From a bacterium (lineage in GTDB: Bacteria > Actinomycetota > Acidimicrobiia > Spongiisociales > JAHEDJ01): a DNA stretch of 64,000 nucleotides. The notes below the pieces were generated by a model, which ran no database searches, had not been told where the DNA came from, and saw only the letters and a list, made by a program, of their open reading frames with translations. The stretch is from contig JAHEDJ010000001.1 of the NCBI GenBank assembly GCA_024641325.1, forward strand, positions 151,594-215,593, read 5' to 3'. Position 1 is the stretch's first letter. Every line of letters starts with the position of its first letter. Position numbers and translations under genes: made by a program. This document shows positions 37,151-46,993 of this stretch, one piece after another.

Positions 37151-37327
37151 ATGGCGGTGCCAAAGAAGAAGATGTCGCGCTCACGCACGCGGCGGCGGAA
37201 GGCTCAGTGGAAGCTGAATCGCCCCGGCGCGTCGACGTGCCCGCAGTGCCACAGCCCCAAGCTGCCGCACCGCGCGTGCCCGAACTGCGGTACCTACCGC
37301 GGTCGCGAGATCATCGACACCGAATAG
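37151..37327 (+). CDS. rpmF: 50S ribosomal protein L32
   Basis: Not in the ORF track because it is 58 aa. Translated by hand as MAVPKKKMSRSRTRRRKAQWKLNRPGASTCPQCHSPKLPHRACPNCGTYRGREIIDTE. Confidence 0.85.
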   Translation: MAVPKKKMSRSRTRRRKAQWKLNRPGASTCPQCHSPKLPHRACPNCGTYRGREIIDTE

Positions 37328-37337
37328 CCTGCCGACC

Positions 37338-38309
37338 ATGGCCCGTGTAGCCCTCGATGCGATGGGGGGCGACAACGCCCCCGACGAGGTTATCGCCGGT
37401 GGCGTAGCCGCGGCCGCGGCCGGCCATGAAGTGATTCTCGTCGGTGAACCTTCGATCATTGCTGAGCGCTTGTCCGCGCTCGGAGCAGATCTTCCCGTGG
37501 TCGGTGCTCGACAGGTGATCGAAATGCACGAAGACCCGGCGCGGGCCATCAGGGAGAAGCCAGATGCTTCGATCGCCGTGGCAGCGAGGCTGGTCAAAGC
37601 CGGCGAAGCGGACGCGCTCGTCTCAGCAGGTTCCACCGGAGCAACGCTGGCCGCGGCGGCTGTGATTCTCCGGAGGTTGCCCGGCGTTCTGCGGCCGGCG
37701 GTAGCTTCGATCTTCCCGACCCCCGGTAGTCACACCGTGGTTCTCGATTCTGGTGCCAATCCCGAGTGCAAGCCCGAACACCTGTTGCAGTTCGGTGTGA
37801 TGGGTGCCGTCGTTGCCGAGCTCTATCTCGGAGTGCCGCACCCGCGCGTTGGTCTCTTGAATATCGGCGAGGAGGAGGGAAAAGGCAGGGACCTCGAGAA
37901 GGCCGCCTATGAGTTGTTTCGCGCCGCCAGCCTCAACTTCATCGGCAATGTCGAAGGCCGCGATCTCGCCTCAGATCGTGCCGACGTGTTCGTTACCGAC
38001 GGATTCACGGGCAATGTTCTTCTCAAGACCACCGAAGGTGCGGTGGAGTTCATTGCCGAGTTCTTCCGGGCTGCTCTGGTCAAGCTCCCCCCGGAGGACA
38101 TGGCAGCATTCGCCCCGGTCATGGCGGAGGTCCGCAAGAGCATCGACCACGAGGAGCACGGCGGCGGGCACCTGTTGGGCACGAACGGTGTGGTGGTGAT
38201 CGCGCACGGCTCATCTTCGAGAATCGCGATCGCCCATGCAGTCAGGATGGCGTCCGAAGGGGCCGCTCGAGACCTGGCCGGCCACGTCGCCAGACGGATC
38301 AGCGCGTGA
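37338..38309 (+). CDS. plsX: phosphate acyltransferase PlsX
   Basis: MARVALDAMGGDNAP N-terminus in a 323-aa protein. Confidence 0.9.
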   Translation: MARVALDAMGGDNAPDEVIAGGVAAAAAGHEVILVGEPSIIAERLSALGADLPVVGARQVIEMHEDPARAIREKPDASIAVAARLVKAGEADALVSAGSTGATLAAAAVILRRLPGVLRPAVASIFPTPGSHTVVLDSGANPECKPEHLLQFGVMGAVVAELYLGVPHPRVGLLNIGEEEGKGRDLEKAAYELFRAASLNFIGNVEGRDLASDRADVFVTDGFTGNVLLKTTEGAVEFIAEFFRAALVKLPPEDMAAFAPVMAEVRKSIDHEEHGGGHLLGTNGVVVIAHGSSSRIAIAHAVRMASEGAARDLAGHVARRISA

Positions 38310-38986
38310 GCAGGCTCGAGCAGCGCCTCGGACACACCTTCCGTTCACCGGGTCTGCTGGTGCATGCATTGACGCACCGATCGCTGGAGTCCGAGCAGCC
38401 GACCGAGCCCTCCAATGAAAGACTCGAGTTCCTCGGAGATGCCGTTCTTCAGTTGGTCGTCACCGATTTCCTGTTCTACGAATTTCCGCAGCTGCCGGAG
38501 GGTCAGATGGCGAAGGTGCGGGCCGCCTGCGTCAATCGATCCGAGCTGGCCCGGATCGCGCGTCAGATCGAGTTGGGTGCGGACATTCGGCTTGGTAGGG
38601 GAGAGGAGTCGACCGGGGGGCGAGAGAAGGCCTCGATTCTCGCCGATGGCCTGGAGGCCATCCTGGCCGCGGTCTATCTGGATGCCGGAATGGAGGCGGC
38701 CCGAACGGTGATCATGAAGCACTGGGAGCCACTCATCCGGGAGAAGGCGACGAGTCCCGGTCGGCTCGATTACAAGACGCGATTACAGGAAGTGCTGGCC
38801 GCCCGGGCGAAGACACCCGTGTATGACGTCGACGGTGACGGTCCAGATCACGATCGCATCTTCGCTGCCACCGTGACGGTCGGCGGGGAGATCATCGGAG
38901 ACGGAACCGGCCGCTCGAAAAAGGAAGCCGAACAAGCCGCCGCGCAAGAAGCCCTCGAGGCACTGCAGGAGCAACAGCAGACTTAG
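38306..38986 (+). CDS. rnc: ribonuclease III
   Basis: ERLEFLGDAVL catalytic signature and a C-terminal dsRBD. Confidence 0.9.
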   Translation: MSRLEQRLGHTFRSPGLLVHALTHRSLESEQPTEPSNERLEFLGDAVLQLVVTDFLFYEFPQLPEGQMAKVRAACVNRSELARIARQIELGADIRLGRGEESTGGREKASILADGLEAILAAVYLDAGMEAARTVIMKHWEPLIREKATSPGRLDYKTRLQEVLAARAKTPVYDVDGDGPDHDRIFAATVTVGGEIIGDGTGRSKKEAEQAAAQEALEALQEQQQT

Positions 38987-39060
38987 ACGGCCTCCTACTT
39001 CGTTCGGCGAGCCCGTATCCTGCTACCTGCCCCCTGCTACCTGCTACCTGGAACTTCGAT

Positions 39061-39891
39061 ATGCCTGAACTTCCTGAAGTCGAAACCGTTCGTCGATCGC
39101 TCGCTCCCGCCCTGGAAGGAGCGGTGGTTGTCAGCGTTCGAGTTGATCACCCGCGGATGACTCGTCGTCAACCACGTCCGCGCGATTTTCGCGACCGCCT
39201 TCTCGGCCGGCGTGTCAATTCGGTGGGACGGCATGGCAAGTTCATGCTGATCGACGTCGAAGGTGACCTCACCTGGGTCATCCATCTGGGAATGTCGGGC
39301 CGGATTCGTCTGGAGGCCACCGGAAGCGACCGAGTCCCTCATACGCACGTAGTTGTCGGGACCGACCGGAATCAGGAGTTGCACTTCGTCGATCCGCGTA
39401 CCTTCGGGTTCATCGCCGTCTTCACACCCGATGAGTTCGACGCGCAACCGTTTGCCCTACTCGGCCCGGATGCATTGGACGATCTCCCACGCTATCCCCA
39501 GCTGATTCCACGGCTGGCGAACAGGACGGTTGCGATCAAGTCATTGCTGCTCGACCAGCGGTTCGTTGCCGGGCTGGGCAACATCTACGCGGATGAGGTA
39601 CTCCATCGTGCCCACGTCCGGCCCGGCCGGCCGGCGGGGACGTTAACTGAAAATGAGGTCCGTCTTTTGCGTGGCTCCATCGGCCCCGTCCTACGTGCCG
39701 GGCTGCGGTTCGGCGGCACAAGCCTCAACGACCTCGCTTATCTGCTGCCCGACGGTAGGGCGGGGGAGTATCTCGGACGCTTGAAGGTCTACGGACGCGC
39801 CGGTGAACACTGCGGGCGGGACGGAACAGAGATCACGCGAACGGTGATCGGAGGAAGGAGCAGTTTCTGGTGTCCGACTTGTCAGGTCTGA
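39061..39891 (+). CDS. mutM: formamidopyrimidine-DNA glycosylase
   Basis: MPELPEVETVRR N-terminus and a C-terminal CxxC-x-CxxC zinc finger. Confidence 0.9.
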   Translation: MPELPEVETVRRSLAPALEGAVVVSVRVDHPRMTRRQPRPRDFRDRLLGRRVNSVGRHGKFMLIDVEGDLTWVIHLGMSGRIRLEATGSDRVPHTHVVVGTDRNQELHFVDPRTFGFIAVFTPDEFDAQPFALLGPDALDDLPRYPQLIPRLANRTVAIKSLLLDQRFVAGLGNIYADEVLHRAHVRPGRPAGTLTENEVRLLRGSIGPVLRAGLRFGGTSLNDLAYLLPDGRAGEYLGRLKVYGRAGEHCGRDGTEITRTVIGGRSSFWCPTCQV

Positions 39892-40160
39892 CCGCCGTGC
39901 GGTTGGTCGTGTCCGGTCGCGTTCAGGGCGTTGGATTCCGGGCGAGCACCGTAGAGGCCGCGAGGGAGGCGGGAGTTGACGGTTGGGTCCGGAATCTTGC
40001 CGACGGTCGCGTTGAGATCCATGCCCAGGGATCCGGGGCAGCGATCGAATCGTTCGCACGGTGGGTGCGGCGTGGTCCACGCTGGGCGCGAGTTGGCGAA
40101 GTTGTGGAGCGACGGGCCGACCTCGAGAAGGCTCTGCGAGGGTTCGAAATCCGCTTGTAG
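39870..40160 (+). CDS. acyP: acylphosphatase
   Basis: VSGRVQGVGFR and GWVRNLADGRVE motifs. Confidence 0.75.
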   Translation: MSDLSGLTAVRLVVSGRVQGVGFRASTVEAAREAGVDGWVRNLADGRVEIHAQGSGAAIESFARWVRRGPRWARVGEVVERRADLEKALRGFEIRL

Positions 40161-40219
40161 CAAACGCTGAATCGCTTTCGGTCTGTGATAGCCTGCCGGA
40201 ATCACAAAGGTGTAGTTCG

Positions 40220-43200
40220 TTGTATCTCAAGACGCTGAAGATAGTTGGATTCAAGTCGTTCGCCGATCGAACGCGCCTGGAACTCGAACCCGGCGTCACC
40301 GTGGTGGTCGGGCCCAACGGCTCGGGCAAGTCGAACATCGTCGACGCGATCGCGTGGGTGATGGGCACCCAGTCAACTCGCACGTTGCGTACGCAGAAGA
40401 TGGAAGATGTCATCTTCGCCGGCACGGCCACCCGACCGGCTCTCGGTAGAGCCGAGGTAACCCTTACCTTCGACAACATGTCCCGTTCGCTGCCGCTTGA
40501 TCTCGATGAGGTGTCGATAAGCCGCCGCCTGTACAGGGATGGCTCATCGGACTACGAGATCAACGGTGTTGACGTTCGCCTTCTCGATGTTCAGGAGTTG
40601 CTATCTGACAGTGGTGTCGGCAGACACCAGCACGTAATTGTTGGTCAGGGTCAACTCGATCAGATTCTCAACGCCAAACCCGAGGACCACAGGTCGGTCA
40701 TCGAGGAGGCGGCCGGGGTGCTCAAGCATCGGTTGAGAAAGGATCGTGCGATCCGGCGTCTCGACAGTACCGATGCCGACCTTCTCCGTTTGAAAGACAT
40801 TCTCGGCGAGCTCCAACGACAGATCCGCCCTCTGCGGCGTCAGGCCAGAGCGGCAGAACGGTACCTGGTCGTTCGCGAGGAGGTGCGGGCCCTTCGCCTC
40901 TACCTGGGTGGAGAGGACTTGCGTGCCATCAGTCGGCGATTGTCCGTCGTCGGTCGCGAGCACGCCGACCTGGATCAGTGGCTGGTAAACGCCGGGGAAG
41001 AGGAGGCGAGGCTGTCTGCGTCGATCGAGCCGTTGACGATGGCCGCAGGAGATACCGGCCGCCGGCTCGAGGAGGACACCGCGGCGGCGGCGCGGCTCGA
41101 AACAGCTGCGGAACGATTCCGGCGCATCGGTCAGGTGGCGCACGAGCGACATCGTGCTCTCTCGCAACGTATCCAGGGGGCCGGTGAGCGGCGGCGGGAT
41201 GTGCAAGAAGAAGCGAGACAGATCCAGTCGGAACTCGCCAAGAGCTCCGATGAAGAACGTCGCGCCAGGGCTGAGGCCGATCGTGCGGAACGGGCTCATC
41301 GAGAGTTCGAGGATGAAGAGCGCTCGCTGGCCGAACAGGAGCAGATGCCTACAGAGGGAGCGATCGCGGCGGTGCGCGGCGACCTCGGCTCGCTGAACGC
41401 CGCCGTTGTGAGGGATGAGCGCGAAGCCGATCAGGTCGGTCGTCGCCTCGAAGCGCTCCATGGGCAGTTGGAAGCTGAATCGATTGAGACCGACCGGCTC
41501 AAGAACGAGATCGAGCAGCACGATATCGACGCGACCGTCGCCCAGCAGAGCCACGAGCTGGCTGTCGCCGACCGTCGCAACCAGCAACAAATCTGGGAGG
41601 CTGCTGAATCCGACCTCCAGGAAACTCGTCTACTCGTTTCGGCCGAGGGCGCACGAGTCGAGGCTCTCGAAGCTGCGGCAGATGGTCTCGCCGACCCGCA
41701 AGCCCGAGACCGGGCGGCCGCCGCCTCCGGCGTGCGGGGGAGTGTTTCTACGGTTCTGGACGTACCGGATGGGTTTGCGGCCGCGGTCGACGCGGCACTC
41801 GGTGCCTGGAGCGATGCCCTGGCGGTGAAGTCCCCTGAGGCCATCGAACATGTCGTTGGAGATCTCAAGGCTCACGGTCTCGGAGGCGTTCCCCTCATCA
41901 CATCCCGGTTCACCTCGGGCGATTTGCCGGCACGACCGGTTGCGGCCGCATATGGTCTTCAAGTCCTCGTGGACATCTTGGGGCCGCGCTCCGATCGTGA
42001 CCTGGCCGCGGCTCTTCTCGGCGATGTCGTCGTCGCCGAGGGATGGTCGGCTGGATGGCAGATCGTTTCAAAGCACCCGGCTCTCCGGGTAGTCACCCCC
42101 GAGGGAGATCTGATAACCGCGGACGGCATCCGGGTTGCTCACCCCGATGGGGCCACGCCGGCCGTGCTCGAGCGTGCGCGGGTGGCACTCGAGGAGGCCG
42201 GGATTGCGCTCGCCCGGGCCGAGAGCCGGCATGTGGCAGCCCGCCGGGATTTCGAGAGGACCCGCGATGTCGAGCGCAAGGCGCTGGAGGCTTTAGAGCT
42301 CATCGAGACAAACCTCTCGGGAGCCACGGAAGCGTTGGCCCGCCTGGAGCGCACGCGCAGCGCGGTTGTACACGAGATCGATCGGCTTGAGCAACGGCGA
42401 TCCCTTCTGCTGGAGTCTGCGGCCGGCCGGGAGGCCCGGATTGCGGAGTTGCGGGGACGTCTGAATGCGCTGGAAGGTGAAGAGGCTGAACGCCAGCAGG
42501 CATGGGAAGAACTGGCCGAGCGTCGTAGGGCGGTTGCGCTGCAACGCGATGCTGCAAGGGAGGAGCGACAGCAAGCCGCTTCGGAACTCGGCGCAGTCGT
42601 CGAACGCCGCCGCTTGCTTGAAGGCCGGCTGGTCGCGATACAGGGCGAACTTCAGGATCTGATCGATCGCCCAGACGATCCGCAGCTTCTCGAGGTGCTT
42701 GAGAACGCTCAGGAAGGCGCCCGGCGCAGTCTTGCTGCCGTCCGGATGCACATAGCGACCCTGCGCGAGCGCCAGATTGAACTGCGCAAAGCTGCCGGCG
42801 AGGCAGGAGAGCGGCTCACGGCCGCCCGTACCCTGCTCGATGAGGTCCGCGTGTCGATCGCCGAGCGGAAGGAACAGCGTGCCAGGCTCGACGTCGAGTC
42901 CGCCGAGTTGAAGGTTCGTTTGGAGGCTATTGCAGAAGGATTGCGCCGCGATGTTGACGCTTCTGAGGAGCAAGCACTCGCGGCACCTGCTCCTGATGTC
43001 GAAGAAGGTAATCACAAAGAGCGGTTGGCTTCCCTGGAGGCCGAGCTGCGGAGGATGGGGACGATCAACCCGCTGGCTGCCGATGAGTATCAGGAACTCG
43101 AGGCGCGGCTATCTCATCTCCAGGGGCAGTTGGATGATCTCGACAGCAGCAGGCACGAACTTCGCAAGGTGATTGCGGCCCTCGATGAGGAGATCGTCGG

Positions 43201-43675
43201 CCTGTTCAAGACCGCTTTCGATGAGGTGGCGGCGGCATACGAACAGCATTTCTCTGTGCTCTTCCCCGGAGGTCGCGGCCGCCTTGTGCTTACGGAACCG
43301 GACAGTCTGCTTGCAACCGGTGTCGATATCGAGGCTCAACCGCTCGGCAAGAAGGTAGGCCAATTGTCGCTCTTGTCTGGTGGTGAGCGTTCGCTCGCCG
43401 CGCTGGCGTTTCTGTTCGCGGTGTTCAAAGCTCGTCCAAGCCCGTTCTACATAGTCGACGAGGTCGAGGCGGCCCTCGATGATGCCAACCTACGTCGATT
43501 CCTTCGACTGGTCGACGAGTTTCGCCGTACCGCCCAGCTGGTGATCGTCACGCACCAGCAGCAGACCATGGAGGCTGCGGACATCCTCTACGGGGTCACG
43601 ATGGAACCCGGTGGTTCGTCGAAGGTCATTGCCAAGCGGATGGTTGATTCTCCTGTGACGGTTTCTTCGTCGTAG
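40220..43675 (+). CDS. smc: chromosome segregation protein SMC
   Basis: The TTG at 40220 gives (M)YLKTLKIVGFKSFADR...GPNGSGKSNIVDAI. Long coiled coils and a C-terminal LSGGERSLAALAFLFA...DEVEAALD. The ORF track's upstream extension from 40061 is rejected. Confidence 0.9.
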   Translation: MYLKTLKIVGFKSFADRTRLELEPGVTVVVGPNGSGKSNIVDAIAWVMGTQSTRTLRTQKMEDVIFAGTATRPALGRAEVTLTFDNMSRSLPLDLDEVSISRRLYRDGSSDYEINGVDVRLLDVQELLSDSGVGRHQHVIVGQGQLDQILNAKPEDHRSVIEEAAGVLKHRLRKDRAIRRLDSTDADLLRLKDILGELQRQIRPLRRQARAAERYLVVREEVRALRLYLGGEDLRAISRRLSVVGREHADLDQWLVNAGEEEARLSASIEPLTMAAGDTGRRLEEDTAAAARLETAAERFRRIGQVAHERHRALSQRIQGAGERRRDVQEEARQIQSELAKSSDEERRARAEADRAERAHREFEDEERSLAEQEQMPTEGAIAAVRGDLGSLNAAVVRDEREADQVGRRLEALHGQLEAESIETDRLKNEIEQHDIDATVAQQSHELAVADRRNQQQIWEAAESDLQETRLLVSAEGARVEALEAAADGLADPQARDRAAAASGVRGSVSTVLDVPDGFAAAVDAALGAWSDALAVKSPEAIEHVVGDLKAHGLGGVPLITSRFTSGDLPARPVAAAYGLQVLVDILGPRSDRDLAAALLGDVVVAEGWSAGWQIVSKHPALRVVTPEGDLITADGIRVAHPDGATPAVLERARVALEEAGIALARAESRHVAARRDFERTRDVERKALEALELIETNLSGATEALARLERTRSAVVHEIDRLEQRRSLLLESAAGREARIAELRGRLNALEGEEAERQQAWEELAERRRAVALQRDAAREERQQAASELGAVVERRRLLEGRLVAIQGELQDLIDRPDDPQLLEVLENAQEGARRSLAAVRMHIATLRERQIELRKAAGEAGERLTAARTLLDEVRVSIAERKEQRARLDVESAELKVRLEAIAEGLRRDVDASEEQALAAPAPDVEEGNHKERLASLEAELRRMGTINPLAADEYQELEARLSHLQGQLDDLDSSRHELRKVIAALDEEIVGLFKTAFDEVAAAYEQHFSVLFPGGRGRLVLTEPDSLLATGVDIEAQPLGKKVGQLSLLSGGERSLAALAFLFAVFKARPSPFYIVDEVEAALDDANLRRFLRLVDEFRRTAQLVIVTHQQQTMEAADILYGVTMEPGGSSKVIAKRMVDSPVTVSSS

Positions 43676-43686
43676 AATCGTCCGTC

Positions 43687-44715
43687 ATGGATCCCGTGCT
43701 TCTCTTCGCCATCGTTGTCGCGCTTGCGGTCGTAATAGGCGTTTTCGTTCTCCGGCGGCGTGGACGTGTATCTGCGCAAGGCCGTACTTCAGAGGAGACG
43801 CGGGCTCGGCCGGAAACTATGTCGGGAGCCGGTTCGCTTGCCGATCGTCTCGAGAAGACCAGGCGAGCGCTTGGCGGCCGCTTGAAGGGTCTCTTCAATC
43901 TTGGACCGGTGGACGGCGAGTTTTGGGCTGGACTTGAAGAGGCTCTCATCGCAGCAGACGTTGGTGTGCAAGCCACCGCGGAAGTTGTGAACCGGGTGCG
44001 CGCTACCGATCCCGGTGAGACCGTCGAAGCCAGGCAGGTTCTCCACGACGAGCTGCTCGCCATCCTCGACGGCAAGGATCGCGACCTCCATCTCGGCCGT
44101 TCTCCCAGTGTGGTCGTGGTTGTCGGCGTGAACGGAGTCGGCAAGACGACCAGCATCGCCAAACTTGCTGCACGGATTGAGGCATCAGGCTCTAAGGCCT
44201 TGTTGGGAGCAGCGGACACATTTCGCGCCGCCGCCGACGCACAATTGAAGACCTGGGCGGATCGAGTCGGCGTTGAGATCGTATCCGGGCAGGCCGGTGC
44301 CGATCCGGCAGCAGTGGCGTTCGACGCCTTTCAGGCAGCCAGAGCGCGCCATTTGGACGTCGTCATCGTCGACACGGCCGGTCGGCTCCATTCCAAACAC
44401 AATCTCATGCAGGAACTAGGGAAGATAGTTCGCGTACTCGAACGAGAGGCCGGTTCGGTCGATGAGGTATTGCTCGTGCTCGACGCCACCACCGGACAAA
44501 ACGGCCTTGCTCAGATCAAACAGTTCACAGACGTGGTCGGGATCACCGGGATCGTGCTCACGAAACTCGACGGCACCGCCAAAGGTGGCATCGTGGTGGC
44601 GATCGAGCGGGACTACGGTGTTCCGGTGAAGTTCATCGGTGTAGGAGAAGGTATGGAGGATTTGATCCCATTCGAACCGAGAGCGTTCGTTGATGCGCTG
44701 CTGGCGGACGCATGA
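43687..44715 (+). CDS. ftsY: signal recognition particle receptor FtsY
   Basis: N-terminal TM anchor and an SRP GTPase domain (GVNGVGKTTSIAKLA, DTAGR, TKLDG). Confidence 0.9.
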   Translation: MDPVLLFAIVVALAVVIGVFVLRRRGRVSAQGRTSEETRARPETMSGAGSLADRLEKTRRALGGRLKGLFNLGPVDGEFWAGLEEALIAADVGVQATAEVVNRVRATDPGETVEARQVLHDELLAILDGKDRDLHLGRSPSVVVVVGVNGVGKTTSIAKLAARIEASGSKALLGAADTFRAAADAQLKTWADRVGVEIVSGQAGADPAAVAFDAFQAARARHLDVVIVDTAGRLHSKHNLMQELGKIVRVLEREAGSVDEVLLVLDATTGQNGLAQIKQFTDVVGITGIVLTKLDGTAKGGIVVAIERDYGVPVKFIGVGEGMEDLIPFEPRAFVDALLADA

Positions 44716-45104
44716 ACACGTCGGATCTCGCTGAGAGCGCTCGTAAGGCGGCTGAGAGGGCCTATGCCCCGTACAGTGGCTTCCGGGTCGGCTCAGTGGT
44801 AGTGGCGGACGATGGGGCCGTGTATAGCGGCTCCAATGTCGAGAACGCGGCCTTCGGCTCTGCTATCTGTGCAGAGGAAGCAGCGATCAGCCATGCCGTC
44901 GCGTCCGGGGTCAGGAGGATCGTCGCCGTCGCCGTCGCCTGTATAGACGCCGACTCGGTGGACGGAGCCTACCCGTGCGGAAACTGCCGCCAATTGATGA
45001 ACGAGTTCGGCGTCGAGAAGGTCATCGTCACGGCCGGCGCAGGAGAGTTGCGCGAGCACACGCTCGACGAATTGCTCCCCTTCGGATTCAAGCTGGAAAC
45101 GTAG
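44712..45104 (+). CDS. cdd: cytidine deaminase
   Basis: 130 aa. AYAPYSGFRVG and CAEEAAI...PCGNCRQ zinc-binding motifs. Confidence 0.8.
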   Translation: MNTSDLAESARKAAERAYAPYSGFRVGSVVVADDGAVYSGSNVENAAFGSAICAEEAAISHAVASGVRRIVAVAVACIDADSVDGAYPCGNCRQLMNEFGVEKVIVTAGAGELREHTLDELLPFGFKLET

Positions 45105-45113
45105 AACGCGACT

Positions 45114-45137
45114 GAGCCTCCTCGCGTGAGGAGGCTC
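45114..45137. terminator. bidirectional terminator hairpin GAGCCTCCTC-gcgt-GAGGAGGCTC between the convergent cdd and etfA
   Basis: Perfect 10-bp stem, read directly from the sequence. Confidence 0.5.
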
Positions 45138-45161
45138 AGAGCTAATCGACGGTCGGCCGCG

Positions 45162-46118
45162 CTAACGGTTGCCGAGCGCTTCGATGAGCTTCGGTAAGAC
45201 CTTGTGCAGGTCGCCGACCACGCCGAGGTCGGACACCCCAAAGATCGGGGCCTCTTCGTCCTTGTTGATGGCGATGATGACTTTGGAGTCCTTCATTCCC
45301 ACCAGATGCTGCATCGCTCCGGACACGCCGGCAGCAATGTAGACGTCGGGTTTGACCGTCTTGCCGGTCTGGCCGACCTGTTTGGAGTAGGCCACCCAGC
45401 CGGCGTCAACGATCGCCCGCGTCGCGGCTGTGGCGGCGCCGAGCTTTGAGGCAAGCTCTTCGATGACCGCGAACCCCTCTTCGGTTCCGATTCCTCGCCC
45501 TGCCGCGACCACGATGGCAGCATCCTCGAGCTTCGGTCCCTCGAGATGCTCGGTGTGGCTCGCCGTTACAATCGCCGACCCGGCATGGCCGACGTCCGGC
45601 AACGACACCGTTTCGATCTCCGGTGCGCCACCGCCGGAAGGCTCCGCTGGGAACGACTTCGGACGGGCGATAACCAGGTACGGCGGATCGTTCTCAAAGA
45701 TGGCATCGACGAGTGTCATCCCGCCGAGGATCTCATTGGTGACGGTCACCATCCCGCCTTCCATGGCGATGTCGGTGGCGTTCGACAATATGGTCTTGCC
45801 GATGCGGGCGCTGAGACGACCGGCCACATCACGGCCCGTGTAGGTGAGGCCGAACAGGATCAGATCGGGGGAGTGGCTGCCTGCCAGGTCGGCAAGAGCT
45901 GCTGCCGCCGCTGCGGTGGGTAAAGCATCCGAAGGAGTCATGTGGAACACCTTCGAGGCTCCGTGCGCGCCGAGTGCGGCGAGGTTCTCCTCTGATCCGT
46001 TACCGAGGAATACGGCAGCCAGCTCGCCGCCGAATCCTCTGGCTTTGGTGAGTAGCTCGAGCCCGACGGTTGCCGGTCCCTCTTCAGTTTCTTCTACAAA
46101 GACCCAGGTTTTGGCCAT
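45162..46118 (-). CDS. etfA: electron transfer flavoprotein subunit alpha
   Basis: 318 aa with a C-terminal FAD-binding region ([24 protein letters not shown]). Confidence 0.85.
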   Translation of the reverse strand: MAKTWVFVEETEEGPATVGLELLTKARGFGGELAAVFLGNGSEENLAALGAHGASKVFHMTPSDALPTAAAAAALADLAGSHSPDLILFGLTYTGRDVAGRLSARIGKTILSNATDIAMEGGMVTVTNEILGGMTLVDAIFENDPPYLVIARPKSFPAEPSGGGAPEIETVSLPDVGHAGSAIVTASHTEHLEGPKLEDAAIVVAAGRGIGTEEGFAVIEELASKLGAATAATRAIVDAGWVAYSKQVGQTGKTVKPDVYIAAGVSGAMQHLVGMKDSKVIIAINKDEEAPIFGVSDLGVVGDLHKVLPKLIEALGNR

Positions 46119-46119
46119 G

Positions 46120-46878
46120 TCAGATCACCTTCGCCTGTTCGAGCAGCGCCACGATCTTCAGATGAGCCTCGCCGTCATCTTCTATCAATTCCCCCGAGGC
46201 TCTTTCAGGTGCCGGACGGATGGCGATGATCTTCTGCTTAGTGGTCACCTCAACGCCGAGGTCTCCCGCCGTCAACGTCTCGACGGGCTTGGACTTGGCC
46301 TGCATGATCCCTTTGAAGGTCGGGTAGCGAGGCTCAACCACGCCGGCCGTGACGCTTACGAGAGCCGGGACTGGCGCCTCGACCTCGTCGTATCCGGTCT
46401 GTGTCTGCCGTTCGATACGAACGGTGTCACCTTCGACGGAGACTTTCTTGGCGAAGGTCAGGGCCGGTACACCCAGAAACTCGGCGAGTTGCTGCGGCAG
46501 GATTCCGGCGTAGCCGTCGGTCGACTCGGTCCCGGCAATGACGAGATCGAAGCCTTCCCGTTGGATGGCGGCCGCCAGAATCCCGGCGGTGGCCAGTGAA
46601 TCGGACCCCTGAAGTGTCCCGTCGTCGATGATGACGGCCTTGTCGGCTCCCATGGCGAGAGCCTGGCGAATTCCTTGAAGGTTCCCGCTGGGTCCCATCG
46701 ACACCAGCGTGACCGTCCCCTCGGTTTGCTCTGCGAGCTGCAAACCCATCTCGACTCCGTAGCGGTCGGTGTCGTCCAGCACCTGATCGGTGGGACGGAC
46801 CACGAAATGCGTATCCGGATCAAGATCGTATGGGGAGGCCGGGTCGGGAATCTGCTTGACGCAGACGGCGACTCTCAT
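46120..46878 (-). CDS. etfB: electron transfer flavoprotein subunit beta
   Basis: MRVAVCVKQIPD N-terminal signature. Adjacent to etfA. Confidence 0.85.
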   Translation of the reverse strand: MRVAVCVKQIPDPASPYDLDPDTHFVVRPTDQVLDDTDRYGVEMGLQLAEQTEGTVTLVSMGPSGNLQGIRQALAMGADKAVIIDDGTLQGSDSLATAGILAAAIQREGFDLVIAGTESTDGYAGILPQQLAEFLGVPALTFAKKVSVEGDTVRIERQTQTGYDEVEAPVPALVSVTAGVVEPRYPTFKGIMQAKSKPVETLTAGDLGVEVTTKQKIIAIRPAPERASGELIEDDGEAHLKIVALLEQAKVI

Positions 46879-46993
46879 TCGACGCTCCTTCGCGTATATG
46901 ACTAGTGAACCGATGCTAACAATTGCTCACACCCGATCGACAATTGACCGTCAGACAGTGCTCGACGGGAGGCCGCGGAGACGGTGCGCTCGA

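Noticed and set aside
10649-39031. Shared 13-14-mer cctgctacctgcc between the end of the repeat array (10650-10663) and the rnc-mutM spacer (39019-39031)
   Set aside because: In 64 kb, dozens of 13-mers are expected to repeat by chance. There is no extended homology around the match.
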